Origin: Gammaproteobacteria bacterium
GTDB lineage: Bacteria > Pseudomonadota > Gammaproteobacteria > CAJXQU01
Direction of reading: 5' to 3'
Length of the DNA: 64,000 nt
Assembly: GCA_965238175.1 (NCBI GenBank)
Contig: CBDEGZ010000003.1
Location: 1,888,001-1,952,000, forward strand
Below are positions 10,571-20,152 of this stretch, one piece after another. The notes under the pieces were generated by a model. That model was given only the letters and a program-made list of their open reading frames with translations. It ran no database searches and had not been told where the DNA came from. The position numbers and the translations under genes are program-made. Position 1 is the stretch's first letter. Every line of letters starts with the position of its first letter.

Positions 10571-11335
10571 ATGAATAACAGTAAATTTTTAACATTATTT
10601 CTCACAGTTATTATGGCTATGCCTTTGGTGGCTTTTTCAGCTGACGATGAGAGGATAGATAGTTATATAGAATTATTGGCAAAATCCGGTATGGAAAAGC
10701 AAAAGCAAAAGATGGTTGAAAGCCTTCAACGTTCTGGCTTATCAGATCCTCGTTTATTTGATCAGATAGAGAATCATCTGTTAGAAAGTATAGAACTTAG
10801 CTCAAGCCAAATAGGCTCAAAAAGAAAATTAATAACGCATATGCTTTTGTCTCTTGGATACAGTGGTAATGAAAAATACCGTCCTACACTGACCCTATAC
10901 ACTAGTAATGATACTGTTAACGGAAGGTTTCGCAGGTATGCGAATAAAGGGTTAAAGTTAATGACGCGTTTCAGGCATTGGCATAAATTAATAGCTACTA
11001 GTGAGATCGGTGTTGAAGGTAAGAGTATTGAAATTGCTACATACATGAAAATGCTAAACACCGATGATGTCTACGTTCAACGTTGGGCTGCAAGGGCTAT
11101 CTTTGAAGATAGTCTAAAAGATCCTGATCTATTAGCTCTTGCGGCAGAAAAATTAGAAGAGGTCTATCTAGAAAATTATCTGGATGGACCTGCTCAAGAT
11201 ACGGCTGCGTGGTTTTGCAAAGCAATTGGCCTCAATGGAGGTTCAGAATATAATGATTTGTTGAGAAGGGTTGCAAAGGATAGCCCGCATAAAAAGTTAA
11301 AAAGGTATGCTTCTAAATATGTGAAGCAGATCTAA
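10571..11335 (+). CDS. Secreted alpha-helical hypothetical protein
   Basis: Shine-Dalgarno AAGGA, N-terminal signal peptide, 254 aa; no motif recognised. Confidence 0.6.
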   Translation: MNNSKFLTLFLTVIMAMPLVAFSADDERIDSYIELLAKSGMEKQKQKMVESLQRSGLSDPRLFDQIENHLLESIELSSSQIGSKRKLITHMLLSLGYSGNEKYRPTLTLYTSNDTVNGRFRRYANKGLKLMTRFRHWHKLIATSEIGVEGKSIEIATYMKMLNTDDVYVQRWAARAIFEDSLKDPDLLALAAEKLEEVYLENYLDGPAQDTAAWFCKAIGLNGGSEYNDLLRRVAKDSPHKKLKRYASKYVKQI

Positions 11336-11349
11336 GAAAAGTATTATGG

Positions 11350-11371
11350 CGTGACTCTCAAGTCACGTTTT
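11350..11371 (+). terminator. Putative intrinsic terminator
   Basis: CGTGACT-ctca-AGTCACG hairpin followed by TTTT just after the stop at 11335. Confidence 0.45.
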
Positions 11372-11388
11372 AGTCTCCATAAAATGGC

Positions 11389-11503
11389 TTGAAACTTGTG
11401 CGCTTTTCAAGGAATAGATACTAATCAGAATCTAGTTTTATCTCATAACTTATGAGATTTCAATGAATAGTCTATTCAACCCTAAAAAGTGCGAGAGTTT
11501 CAA
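11389..11503. repeat. About 115-bp imperfect palindromic (MITE-like) element
   Basis: Outer arms TTGAAACTTGTGCGCTTTT / AAAAGTGCGAGAGTTTCAA, inner GAATAGA/TCTATTC, central ATCTCATAA-c-TTATGAGAT. Confidence 0.55.
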
Positions 11504-11732
11504 AAGCATCATTATGATTCTACTTTTCAGAACGATTTCAAGTTTAAAGGCGATGACTTTGTCTAAATGTAATTCAGTAATAGAACCAAACGATGGGCTA
11601 ATTTTGGTAATGAATCCATACTAACTTTAGAAAGGTACAATTTTTTAAAACGGGATTATTTTTGAATAATAGTAAAAATTTTAAGAATGACATTTGGAGA
11701 AATAAGTTACAGTCATAGTGAATAGGTAATTA

Positions 11733-11760
11733 TTGCGTGGCATTTTTAAAACTGTATAAT
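11733..11760 (+). promoter_or_regulatory. Sigma70 promoter of the tRNA-Ser gene
   Basis: TTGCGT-16 nt-TATAAT, followed by a GC-rich discriminator, 10 nt upstream of the tRNA. Confidence 0.7.
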
Positions 11761-11770
11761 TGCCTCGCTT

Positions 11771-12088
11771 GGAGAGATGGCAGAGCGGTTGAATGCACTG
11801 GTCTTGTTCTAAATATATAATCGAGCCTTTATGTGGAAATGCATAAAGTGTAAGCAGTCAAATTCAGGGAAGCCTTAACAGTTAAGTTGATGGTAATCCT
11901 GAGCCAAGCTAACAAAAGTTAGAAGGTGCAGAGACTTGACGGCTGCTACCTAAATCGCATACGCGACATGGTAAAGAGAAAGTCCAGACCACAAACATAT
12001 TATGTATGGCAGCGAAAGCTGTAGATGGTAAGGAAAACCAGCAAGGGTGAATAGCCCTTCCAGGGTTCGAATCCCTGTCTCTCCGCCA
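11771..12088 (+). tRNA. tRNA-Ser(UGA), split gene: exon 1 11771-11805, exon 2 12033-12088
   Basis: Joined exons (91 nt) give acceptor stem GGAGAGA/TCTCTCC, discriminator G, CCA end, anticodon arm CTGGT-CT-TGA-AA-ACCAG, long variable arm AAGGG/CCCTT and T loop GTTCGAATC. Confidence 0.93.
11806..12032 (+). ncRNA. Group I self-splicing intron (IC3-like), 227 nt, no ORF
   Basis: Follows a U and ends in G. Internal guide GAG (11823-11825) pairs with exon CUU. Core AAATTCAGGGAA...AATCCTGAGCCAAGC...GAAGGTGCAGAGACT; P7 GACTT (11933-11937)/AAGTC (11980-11984); P9 GCAGC-GAAA-GCTGT. Confidence 0.92.
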
Positions 12089-12096
12089 ATATTATC

Positions 12097-12118
12097 AGGC
12101 CCCGATTCGGGGCTTTTT
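12097..12118 (+). terminator. Intrinsic terminator after the tRNA
   Basis: GCCCCG-att-CGGGGC followed by TTTTT. Confidence 0.8.
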
Positions 12119-12175
12119 GGTTTTTGGGCATATAAATTGCCTTTAATTCTGAATGGTTAGGAATAATTGTTAATT

Positions 12176-13261
12176 ATGAAAAGTAAGGTTTTAATTCTAC
12201 CAGGTGATGGAATTGGTCCTGAAATTGTCGACGAGGCTGTTAAAGTTCTCAACGTTTTATCTTCAGATTTTGGACTTGAAGTTGATCTTGAGTATGGGTT
12301 GATTGGTGGAGCAGCAATTGATGAGACTGGAAACCCTTTACCAGAAAGTTCTTTGCAACAAGCTCAAGCAGCAGATGCTGTTCTATTAGGTGCAGTAGGT
12401 GGGCCGAAGTGGGAAGCTCTGGATATTGCAATTAGACCTGAAAAAGGGTTGTTGAAAATTCGATCAGAACTGGAATTGTTTGCAAACTTACGACCAGCTT
12501 TAACCGCACCACAATTGGTCGAAGCATCTGCATTGCGATCAGAAGTGGTTTCCGGTTTAGATATTATGATTGTCAGAGAGTTAACGGGTGGTATATATTT
12601 TGGTCATCCACGCGGAGTCCGCGAGTTGAAAAATGGTGAAAAACAAGGGTTTAATACACTTATTTATAGTGAATCCGAGATTGAAAGAATAGGTCGTGTG
12701 GCATTTGAGGCTGCAATGAAAAGGGATCGTCGAGTCTGTTCTATTGATAAGGCTAATGTATTAGAGTCTACAGAACTATGGCGTGAGGTCATGATCGGAC
12801 TGGCTAAAGAGTATCCAGAGGTTGAGTTGACTCATATGTATGTCGATAATGCGGCAATGCAGTTAGTACGCGCTCCAAAACAATTCGATGTTATGGTGAC
12901 TACAAATATGTTTGGTGACATACTGTCTGATCTGGCATCTATGTTGACAGGCTCGATTGGAATGTTGCCTTCAGCTTCATTAGATAAAAATGCTAAGGGA
13001 ATGTATGAGCCCATTCATGGTTCTGCGCCTGATATTGCCGGACAGAATATTGCTAATCCATTGGCAACCATATTATCCGTTTCTATGATGCTTAGATATT
13101 CACTTGCTGAAGCGGAACAAGCTGACAGGGTAGAAAAAGCAGTAGACAACGTATTGACGGCTAACTATCGAACACCGGACATCTTTTCTGAAGGTATGAA
13201 GAAAGTTGGAACGGCAGAAATGGGAGATGCGGTTGTTACCGTGTTAAAAAGGTTAAGTTAA
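12176..13261 (+). CDS. leuB: 3-isopropylmalate dehydrogenase
   Basis: [34 protein letters not shown] and [12 protein letters not shown] motifs. Confidence 0.97.
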   Translation: MKSKVLILPGDGIGPEIVDEAVKVLNVLSSDFGLEVDLEYGLIGGAAIDETGNPLPESSLQQAQAADAVLLGAVGGPKWEALDIAIRPEKGLLKIRSELELFANLRPALTAPQLVEASALRSEVVSGLDIMIVRELTGGIYFGHPRGVRELKNGEKQGFNTLIYSESEIERIGRVAFEAAMKRDRRVCSIDKANVLESTELWREVMIGLAKEYPEVELTHMYVDNAAMQLVRAPKQFDVMVTTNMFGDILSDLASMLTGSIGMLPSASLDKNAKGMYEPIHGSAPDIAGQNIANPLATILSVSMMLRYSLAEAEQADRVEKAVDNVLTANYRTPDIFSEGMKKVGTAEMGDAVVTVLKRLS

Positions 13262-13262
13262 A

Positions 13263-14288
13263 ATGAGCGATCGTAAATTCAATGTTGCAATCGTCGGGGC
13301 TACCGGTGCTGTCGGAGAAGTAATGCTGGAAATTCTTGAACAAAGAGATTTTCCGGTTGATAAGTTGTTTCTACTAGCGAGTAATCGCTCAGCCGGATCA
13401 AAATTAATGTTTCGCAGTAAGCAGATTACTGTGCAAAATTTGGAAGAGTTTGATTTTGCTGGTGTTGATATTGGTTTATTTTCTCCAGGTGCATCTGTCT
13501 CTAAAATCTACGCTCCAAGGGCTGTCGAAGCTGGTTGTGTGGTTATAGATAATACATCACAGTTTCGTTACGACGATGATATACCTCTCGTTGTGTCTGA
13601 AGTGAATCCTAATGCAATTGCAGACTATAAAAATCGTGGGATTATTGCGAATCCAAATTGTTCGACTATTCAGATGTTGGTTGCGTTAAAACCGATTTAT
13701 GATGCTGTCGGTATTGAACGATTAAATGTTTGTACTTATCAAGCAGTTTCAGGCACGGGTAAAGACGCAATCGAAGAACTTGCTAAGCAAACGGCTGATT
13801 TGTTGAATGCTAAAGAAGTTAAAACTAATGTTTATCCTAAACAGATTGCATTTAATGTATTGCCACATATAGATGTTTTTTATGAAAATGGTTATACCAA
13901 AGAAGAAATGAAAATGGTTTGGGAAACTAGAAAAATCATGGAGGATGACAGTATTGAGGTTAATCCAACAGCCGTTCGTGTTCCCGTTTTCTATGGTCAT
14001 TCTGAAGCGGTTCATCTTGAAACAAAAGACAAGATCACAACTGAACAAGCAAGAAAGATCTTGTCAAATGCACCAGGTATAACGGTAATGGATGAGCATG
14101 AAGATGGTGGATATCCAACAGCAGTAACCGAAGCTTCAGGAACGGATCCAGTTTTCGTTGGTAGAATACGAGAAGATATATCACATCCTCGAGGACTAAA
14201 TTTGTGGGTTGTGTCTGATAATGTTCGAAAAGGGGCAGCGTTAAATAGTGTTGAGATCGCTGAAATTTTAGTTAAAAAACATCTATAA
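13263..14288 (+). CDS. asd: Aspartate-semialdehyde dehydrogenase
   Basis: GATGAVG, IANPNCSTIQ, VRVPVFYGHS and DNVRKGAALN motifs. Confidence 0.96.
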   Translation: MSDRKFNVAIVGATGAVGEVMLEILEQRDFPVDKLFLLASNRSAGSKLMFRSKQITVQNLEEFDFAGVDIGLFSPGASVSKIYAPRAVEAGCVVIDNTSQFRYDDDIPLVVSEVNPNAIADYKNRGIIANPNCSTIQMLVALKPIYDAVGIERLNVCTYQAVSGTGKDAIEELAKQTADLLNAKEVKTNVYPKQIAFNVLPHIDVFYENGYTKEEMKMVWETRKIMEDDSIEVNPTAVRVPVFYGHSEAVHLETKDKITTEQARKILSNAPGITVMDEHEDGGYPTAVTEASGTDPVFVGRIREDISHPRGLNLWVVSDNVRKGAALNSVEIAEILVKKHL

Positions 14289-14378
14289 CTCTTGTGTTAT
14301 GTTAGTATCTATTTGGGACATAACAAGAGTTTAAGGGAATCTTATGATCAGAATGATCAAGGTTATGGGAGAAAAAAA

Positions 14379-17300
14379 GTGGCAAGAGTATTTTTCAATC
14401 GTTCTGTAAGAAAAGGACAACTTAAATCAACTGTGGATGTTTTACCGGCCATTTTAAGGAAGGGAATCTTAACCACATTTTTATTCTTGCCTATTTTGGC
14501 AAATGCACTTGGTCTTGGAACTTTAACGACAGAGTCTTCTTTAAACGAACCCTTTGAAGGCAGGATACAGCTTTTAAGTACAACTTCAGAAGAGTTACAG
14601 ACAATATCAGTAAACCTGGCAAGTGTAGAGCATTTCAAAAATGCGGGTATAGAAAGACCTTTTCTGCTTTTGGCACTTAAGTTTGAAATTGTAGAAGATC
14701 AGGCTGCTAGCTATCTTCGGATTTCTAGCGAAGAGGCGATAAAAGAGCCATTTCTTAATTTCCTGCTCGAAGTAAATTGGGCGAAAGGAAGATTAATTCG
14801 CGAATATACGGCTTTACTTGATCCCCCCATTTTTAATACAGACACACGCGTTGTTGATACTACAGATACTGCGGTATCGACACCTGTACAGGGTCGGCGA
14901 CAAAATATCAAAATAGAGCAACGCTCTGATAATACGGTTACTAGCCAAGTTGTACCCAGAAATGGATCAGCCAGAACTGCGCCGTCGTCAGATCGTACTT
15001 TAGATGATGAGTCGCTTGTATATCAAGAACAATTTAAGCAACAACAATCTCAAAACGTGTCAAGATCTCAATTTGAGTCATCGCTTATTAGAGGGTCCGA
15101 GTACACGACGAGGAAAGGCGATACATTGTGGGATATAGCACGAAAAGGAAGATCTGATCGTTCTGTTAGTATCCAGCAGATGATGTTGTCCATGCTAAAT
15201 TCAAACCCGGATGCTTTCGTTGACGATAATATTAACCGGTTAAAAACGGGCAAGGTACTCAGGTTGCCTGATCAGGCTGAAATTAACCAAATTAGTAAAA
15301 GTGAAGCGATTGCTCTGGTCAAGCAACATAATTCTCTTTGGGATGATTATAGACAAGGCTTGGCTTCTTCAGCAGCTATTCGTCCTACTGGAGCTGTTAC
15401 GTCAACTGGTACTGTTGTAGAAGATCAGGGAATGGCGGAAGAAGAATCCATTACAGAGCCTGAACTGCGGCTTGTTGGAACCCCAGATGGAAGTGTAGCA
15501 TCTGCCGAAGGTACTTCCGGTATAAGTGACGAAAATTTAAAAATCACACAAACACTTGAAGATGAAATTGCGCTAGCGAATGAACAGTTAAAGAGTGGTG
15601 AGAGTGAAAACTTCGAGTTGAAAGATCGACTTCAAGAGTCTGAAGAAATTGTTGAATTACTAAAACAACAAGTTGAATTGAAGAGTCAGGAACTTGCAGC
15701 AATTCAGAAAAAACTGAGAGAGACTAATCAATCAGAAGCTATGGCAGAAGATGAATCCATGCTTGAAGATGAATCGATGCTTGAAGATGAATCTATGCTT
15801 GAAGATGAATCCATGCTTGAAGATGAATCGATGCTTGAAGATGAATCCATGCTTGAAGATGAATCCATGCTTGAAGATGAACCGATGCTTGAAGATGAAT
15901 CCATGCTTGAAGATGAATCCATGCTCGAAGATGAATCCATGCTCGAAGATGAATCCATGCTCGAAGATGAATCCATGCTCGAAGATGAATCGATGCTCGA
16001 AGATGAATCGATGCTCGAAGATGAATCGATGCTCGAAGATGAATCGATGCTTGAAGATGAATCGATGCTCGAAGATGAATCGATGCTCGAAGATAGCTCT
16101 GAGGAAAGCATTGATGATATTTTAGCCCAGCTTGAAGAAGAAGATGAGTTTGAGGTGAATTCAGAAGAAGGCACTGTCTATTCAGAAAACCAAGCAGAGG
16201 CGGCAGCTGATGAAGATACAACAGAGTATGGAGAATATGACGAGCCAGTAGAAGATCTGACGGGCATGGAAGATGAAACAGAATTTTTTAGAGAAGAAAG
16301 TAACACTGATGACATGAGGGAAGAATCTTCTTCTTTAACGGAAAAACCGGATCAGAAAATGATGATTGAAGATGAAGTTCCTAATTCTTCATCTGGGCTG
16401 TTTGAGAGTTTTATACCGACAAGTGTTTTGGAAATGATACCTGGTGGTGCTATAACTATCCTTGGAATTTTAGTAGCTATTGTGGCGTTTTTGTTGTTTG
16501 GTATATTCAAAATATTTGGTGGTAAATCAAAAGAAAAAGCTGAAATTCTGGATTTTTCAGATCCAGGGTTTATCGGTGAAGAAGATCAGTTTGAAACAGT
16601 AGTGAATAATTTTGAGGAAGTTGATGAGGAAAGTGTTGAAGTCCCTCTAGCAAATGAGAACGAATTTACAGGTGGTACTTCGAGTGAAATTGATGATGTT
16701 GAGTTAGAAGCAGAAATAGATTTTGGTGCTAATGATGATGAATTATTCCTTGAAGGGGATTTTGATCCTAACCTCGAACCCGAATCCGAACTCGAACCCG
16801 AACCCGAAAGGATGGAAGTTGCTCAAAGAGAAGTCGAGCCTGATTTAGAAGGAATTCCAGAACAGGACGACGATGAGATCATGACAGATGGTCTGGTCGA
16901 TCTTAACGACACATTACAACAGATGAAACCTCTCTTGGAGCAAACTGAAGGAGGTGGTTTTGAAGAAGATCCTTTAGAAGAGGTTAATCTATCATTAGCT
17001 TATGAACAATTCGATAAAGCTGAAAAATTGGTAAAAAAAGCAATAGAAGAGCACCCAGAACAAGATGGTTATAAGTTGCGACTGCTTGAAGTTCACTACG
17101 CCGCAAATGACATGAACTCATATGAGGGTGCTGCAAAATCACTCCACAAGGTTACTAGCGGTGAAGGTCATTTATGGGATAGCGCTGTTGCAATGTGGAC
17201 AGAGATGTCACCTGACAGAGAACTGTTTGCTCCCATTGTAGAGCCAGAAAGTCCTGTTGAGGAAGTAGGAGAGTTTAGTACTGCAATGCCACCTGGCGAA

Positions 17301-18686
17301 GAAAATACTGTTCTTGATATTGCATCGGGAACGGATGAGATACGACCGTTAGATCTTGCTTCGGATGAGTTAAATACTGAAGACGAAAAGTTAGGTGATA
17401 TAGCAACTTCTGAAACGATAGATTTTTCTATAGAGGATATTGAAACTGTTAAAGTTGAGGATGATGACTTTCTAAACGTAGCGGAATCAGACGAAATAGG
17501 TGTTGCAGGGGTAGACGAAGAGATTGAGGGTATTAGTGAAATGGAAAGCACTTTAAGGGAGCTAGACATACCTGTTGATCTTGAAAGTAGTGACCCATTA
17601 GAAGGGCTAGATGATGAACTTAATATTGATATGCTAGATATTACAGCCGTAGGTAATGATACGACGGATCTAAGCTTAACTATTGAAGGTGAACCTACAG
17701 GTCTTGATACGAATGATTCTGATGCAGAAGAATTATTTGAACTGACTAATGAACTGAAAATAGAAGATGAAGAGGTTCTTTTCTCAACAGCGACTGACGA
17801 CACAGAATTTAATGCTGATGATGCAAAAATTACTGAGGGTAAAACAGTTCCAGCTTTGAATGCTGATCCTGAATTAAGTCAAGTGCAAGATATTACAACC
17901 TCGGAGGAAACCTTAACAGAAGGTGGGGATGAATTGGAATCTCTGGCAAAATCTTTGGAAGATACAATTTCAGGTTTGGATGCAAATGATTTAGATGAAC
18001 TTTCATTTGAATTCGATCCAGAAGGAACGCTTGAGAGCACATTGGGAACTATATCGGATGAAACAGTTCCAGCTTTGAATGCTGATCCTGAATTAAGTCA
18101 AGTGCAAGATACTACAACCTTGGAAGAAACCTTAGCAGAAGGTGGGGATGAACTGGAATCTTTGGCAAAATCTTTGGAAGACACAATTTCAGGTTTGGAT
18201 TCAAATGATCTAAATGAACTTTCATTTGAATTCGATCCAGAAGGAACGCTTGAGAGCACATTGGGAACTATATCGGATGAAACAGTTCCAGCTTTAAATA
18301 CTGATCCTGAATTAAGCCAAGTGCAAGATACTACAATCTCGGAAGAAGCTTTGACAGAAGGTGAGGATGAATATGAGTCTCTGGCAAAATCTTTGGAAGA
18401 TACAATTTCAGGTTTGAATGCAAATGATTTAGATGAACTTTCATTTGAGTACGATCCAGAAGGAACGATTGAGAGTACGTTAGCAAGCACATTGGGAACT
18501 ACATCAGATTTAGACTTTGATAATGATAATGATGGCGATGAAATTGATACGAAATTAAACCTTGCTAAAGCATATATAGAGCTGGGAGATGCAGGTGGAG
18601 CAAAAGATATACTCCATGAGGTAACACTTGATGGTAATCAAGAACAAATTAAAGATGCGCAAACTTTATTAAACCAGATAGGTTAA
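14379..18686 (+). CDS. fimV: FimV/HubP polar landmark protein with an expanded acidic region
   Basis: ALGLG...SSLNEP N-terminal domain, LysM (GDTLWDIA...NPDAF...NINRL), coiled coil, transmembrane segment, C-terminal TKLNLAKAYIELGD; asd-fimV-truA synteny. The GTG start at 14379 is inferred from the SD GGGAG. Confidence 0.9.
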   Translation: MARVFFNRSVRKGQLKSTVDVLPAILRKGILTTFLFLPILANALGLGTLTTESSLNEPFEGRIQLLSTTSEELQTISVNLASVEHFKNAGIERPFLLLALKFEIVEDQAASYLRISSEEAIKEPFLNFLLEVNWAKGRLIREYTALLDPPIFNTDTRVVDTTDTAVSTPVQGRRQNIKIEQRSDNTVTSQVVPRNGSARTAPSSDRTLDDESLVYQEQFKQQQSQNVSRSQFESSLIRGSEYTTRKGDTLWDIARKGRSDRSVSIQQMMLSMLNSNPDAFVDDNINRLKTGKVLRLPDQAEINQISKSEAIALVKQHNSLWDDYRQGLASSAAIRPTGAVTSTGTVVEDQGMAEEESITEPELRLVGTPDGSVASAEGTSGISDENLKITQTLEDEIALANEQLKSGESENFELKDRLQESEEIVELLKQQVELKSQELAAIQKKLRETNQSEAMAEDESMLEDESMLEDESMLEDESMLEDESMLEDESMLEDESMLEDEPMLEDESMLEDESMLEDESMLEDESMLEDESMLEDESMLEDESMLEDESMLEDESMLEDESMLEDESMLEDSSEESIDDILAQLEEEDEFEVNSEEGTVYSENQAEAAADEDTTEYGEYDEPVEDLTGMEDETEFFREESNTDDMREESSSLTEKPDQKMMIEDEVPNSSSGLFESFIPTSVLEMIPGGAITILGILVAIVAFLLFGIFKIFGGKSKEKAEILDFSDPGFIGEEDQFETVVNNFEEVDEESVEVPLANENEFTGGTSSEIDDVELEAEIDFGANDDELFLEGDFDPNLEPESELEPEPERMEVAQREVEPDLEGIPEQDDDEIMTDGLVDLNDTLQQMKPLLEQTEGGGFEEDPLEEVNLSLAYEQFDKAEKLVKKAIEEHPEQDGYKLRLLEVHYAANDMNSYEGAAKSLHKVTSGEGHLWDSAVAMWTEMSPDRELFAPIVEPESPVEEVGEFSTAMPPGEENTVLDIASGTDEIRPLDLASDELNTEDEKLGDIATSETIDFSIEDIETVKVEDDDFLNVAESDEIGVAGVDEEIEGISEMESTLRELDIPVDLESSDPLEGLDDELNIDMLDITAVGNDTTDLSLTIEGEPTGLDTNDSDAEELFELTNELKIEDEEVLFSTATDDTEFNADDAKITEGKTVPALNADPELSQVQDITTSEETLTEGGDELESLAKSLEDTISGLDANDLDELSFEFDPEGTLESTLGTISDETVPALNADPELSQVQDTTTLEETLAEGGDELESLAKSLEDTISGLDSNDLNELSFEFDPEGTLESTLGTISDETVPALNTDPELSQVQDTTISEEALTEGEDEYESLAKSLEDTISGLNANDLDELSFEYDPEGTIESTLASTLGTTSDLDFDNDNDGDEIDTKLNLAKAYIELGDAGGAKDILHEVTLDGNQEQIKDAQTLLNQIG
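15747..16094 (+). repeat. 18-bp coding tandem repeat, 19 copies plus a partial (EDESML)
   Basis: Units GAAGATGAATC(C/G/T)ATGCT(T/C), with one EDEPML variant. Confidence 0.95.
17842..18500 (+). repeat. 219-bp (73-aa) coding tandem repeat, 3 copies, in fimV
   Basis: AAACAGTTCCAGCTTT recurs at 17842, 18061 and 18280. Confidence 0.9.
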
Positions 18687-18728
18687 TTACTATTCGAAAT
18701 GATAGAACAATAGAACTCTACTAGATCA

Positions 18729-19385
18729 TTGCGTCATTCAGTTACACGGATTATTAGTTTTCTAATACTCGCTATTTTTTTAGCTCAAGGGAACACATGG
18801 ATAGTAATATTTTCAAGTGTTTTGTTGCTAGCCCTCTTCTTAAATACATCTTTTCAAGATTTTTCTAAGATTATCCAGTCAGTTTTTAGAATGAAGTGGT
18901 TCTTTTTATCCATTTTTCTCGTATACCTTTTTATTGATCCAACAAGTGCGGAGTTAACAATCAGATTTTATGAAGGCTTAAAAAGAGTTTTGATCCTTGT
19001 CGTTTTGATGATGTTGGTAAATTGGCTTCTAGCAATAACACCGCGAGAAGAAATTATTTCAGGGTTAATCTATTTATTATCCCCATTGAGATTAACTGGC
19101 TTACCAACAGAAAAAATTGCATTGAGAATAGAACTTATATTCAGGTATATAGATGATTCCTCTACCCTTGTGAGAGACAGAAAACAGCAGATAAATTCGG
19201 AATCTAAAAGTCTGTTTGAAGTAGGTCATTTTGTTTCAAAGACTTTCTACGAAATTATCGAACAAGCTGATAGTAGAACATTAAATAAAGTTGAAATTAA
19301 CCTTGTTTCAAAGATATCTTTGGAACAGTGGGCTCTACCTTTTCTACTCTTTATTGTTTTGTTTTTGATTCAAACTTTTACATGA
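18729..19385 (+). CDS. EcfT/CbiQ-like membrane protein
   Basis: Several transmembrane segments; GL..LL.PLR..G...E.IALR..L..RY pattern. Confidence 0.6.
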   Translation: MRHSVTRIISFLILAIFLAQGNTWIVIFSSVLLLALFLNTSFQDFSKIIQSVFRMKWFFLSIFLVYLFIDPTSAELTIRFYEGLKRVLILVVLMMLVNWLLAITPREEIISGLIYLLSPLRLTGLPTEKIALRIELIFRYIDDSSTLVRDRKQQINSESKSLFEVGHFVSKTFYEIIEQADSRTLNKVEINLVSKISLEQWALPFLLFIVLFLIQTFT

Positions 19386-20152
19386 AATTGGCTTTAGGTA
19401 TTGAATATGATGGTTCCAACTACCATGGTTGGCAAACGCAATCAGATGTTGAAACTGTTCAGGATTGTTTAGAAAAGGCATTGGGGAAAATTGCCGATCA
19501 TACTGTACGAGTTCATTGTGCAGGAAGAACGGACACAAGGGTACACGGCTTAGGTCAAGTGGTACATTTTGAGACATATGCAAATCGTGATATTAGCTCC
19601 TGGTTATTTGGTACTAATGCGAATTTACCAGATGATGTCAGTGTTCAATGGGTAAAAGAAGTTGATGAAGAATTCCACGCTCGTTTTTCTGCGGAACGTA
19701 GAATTTATCAATACTTTATTTTTAATCAGCCAGCACGATCGGCACTTCTGAATAATAAAGTTGTATGGGAACCTAGATCGCTTTCATTAGAGCACATGCA
19801 AAAGGCTGCAGCATTTTTGGTTGGAACACATGACTTTTCTGCTTATCGTTCTCTTACATGCCAGGCTAACACTCCTGTACGTACAATTCACAACCTCACC
19901 GTTAAAAGAAAGGCAGCATTAATTAAGATTGAAATTGATGCTAATGCTTTTTTACATCATATGGTGCGGAATATTTCTGGTGTTCTGATGACGGTTGGAA
20001 TGGGGCGTGCCGATCCTGATTGGGCTAGAGAAGTACTACAAGGACGAGATAGAACCTTAGGTGGGATCACAGCCCCACCTGAAGGTTTGTATCTTTTGAA
20101 AGTAATATATCCAAGTCATTTTAACCTTCCTTCATCAGGTGTAGAAGTTTAG
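19382..20152 (+). CDS. truA: tRNA pseudouridine(38-40) synthase; C-terminus altered by an IS insertion
   Basis: EYDGSNYHGWQ, AGRTD, FHARFSA, FLHHMVRNI and APPEGLYL motifs; ATG at 19382. Confidence 0.95.
   Translation: MKLALGIEYDGSNYHGWQTQSDVETVQDCLEKALGKIADHTVRVHCAGRTDTRVHGLGQVVHFETYANRDISSWLFGTNANLPDDVSVQWVKEVDEEFHARFSAERRIYQYFIFNQPARSALLNNKVVWEPRSLSLEHMQKAAAFLVGTHDFSAYRSLTCQANTPVRTIHNLTVKRKAALIKIEIDANAFLHHMVRNISGVLMTVGMGRADPDWAREVLQGRDRTLGGITAPPEGLYLLKVIYPSHFNLPSSGVEV

Noticed and set aside
11805-12031. Alternative splice register giving tRNA-Ser(GGA)
   Set aside because: It would need an intron ending in A rather than the conserved terminal G and would lose the U.G pair in P1.
11806-12032. 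Insert as an integrated-element remnant or homing endonuclease carrier
   Set aside because: There is no duplicated tRNA end (att site), integrase or ORF, and the whole insert is accounted for by ribozyme helices.
15747-16094. Regular short repeats as a possible CRISPR array
   Set aside because: The 18-bp units are contiguous with no unique spacers and are in frame within fimV; no cas genes are present.
15728-16221. Alternative-frame repeat ORFs (SSSID, KMNPC, ASIHL)
   Set aside because: They are shadow frames of the EDESML repeat.
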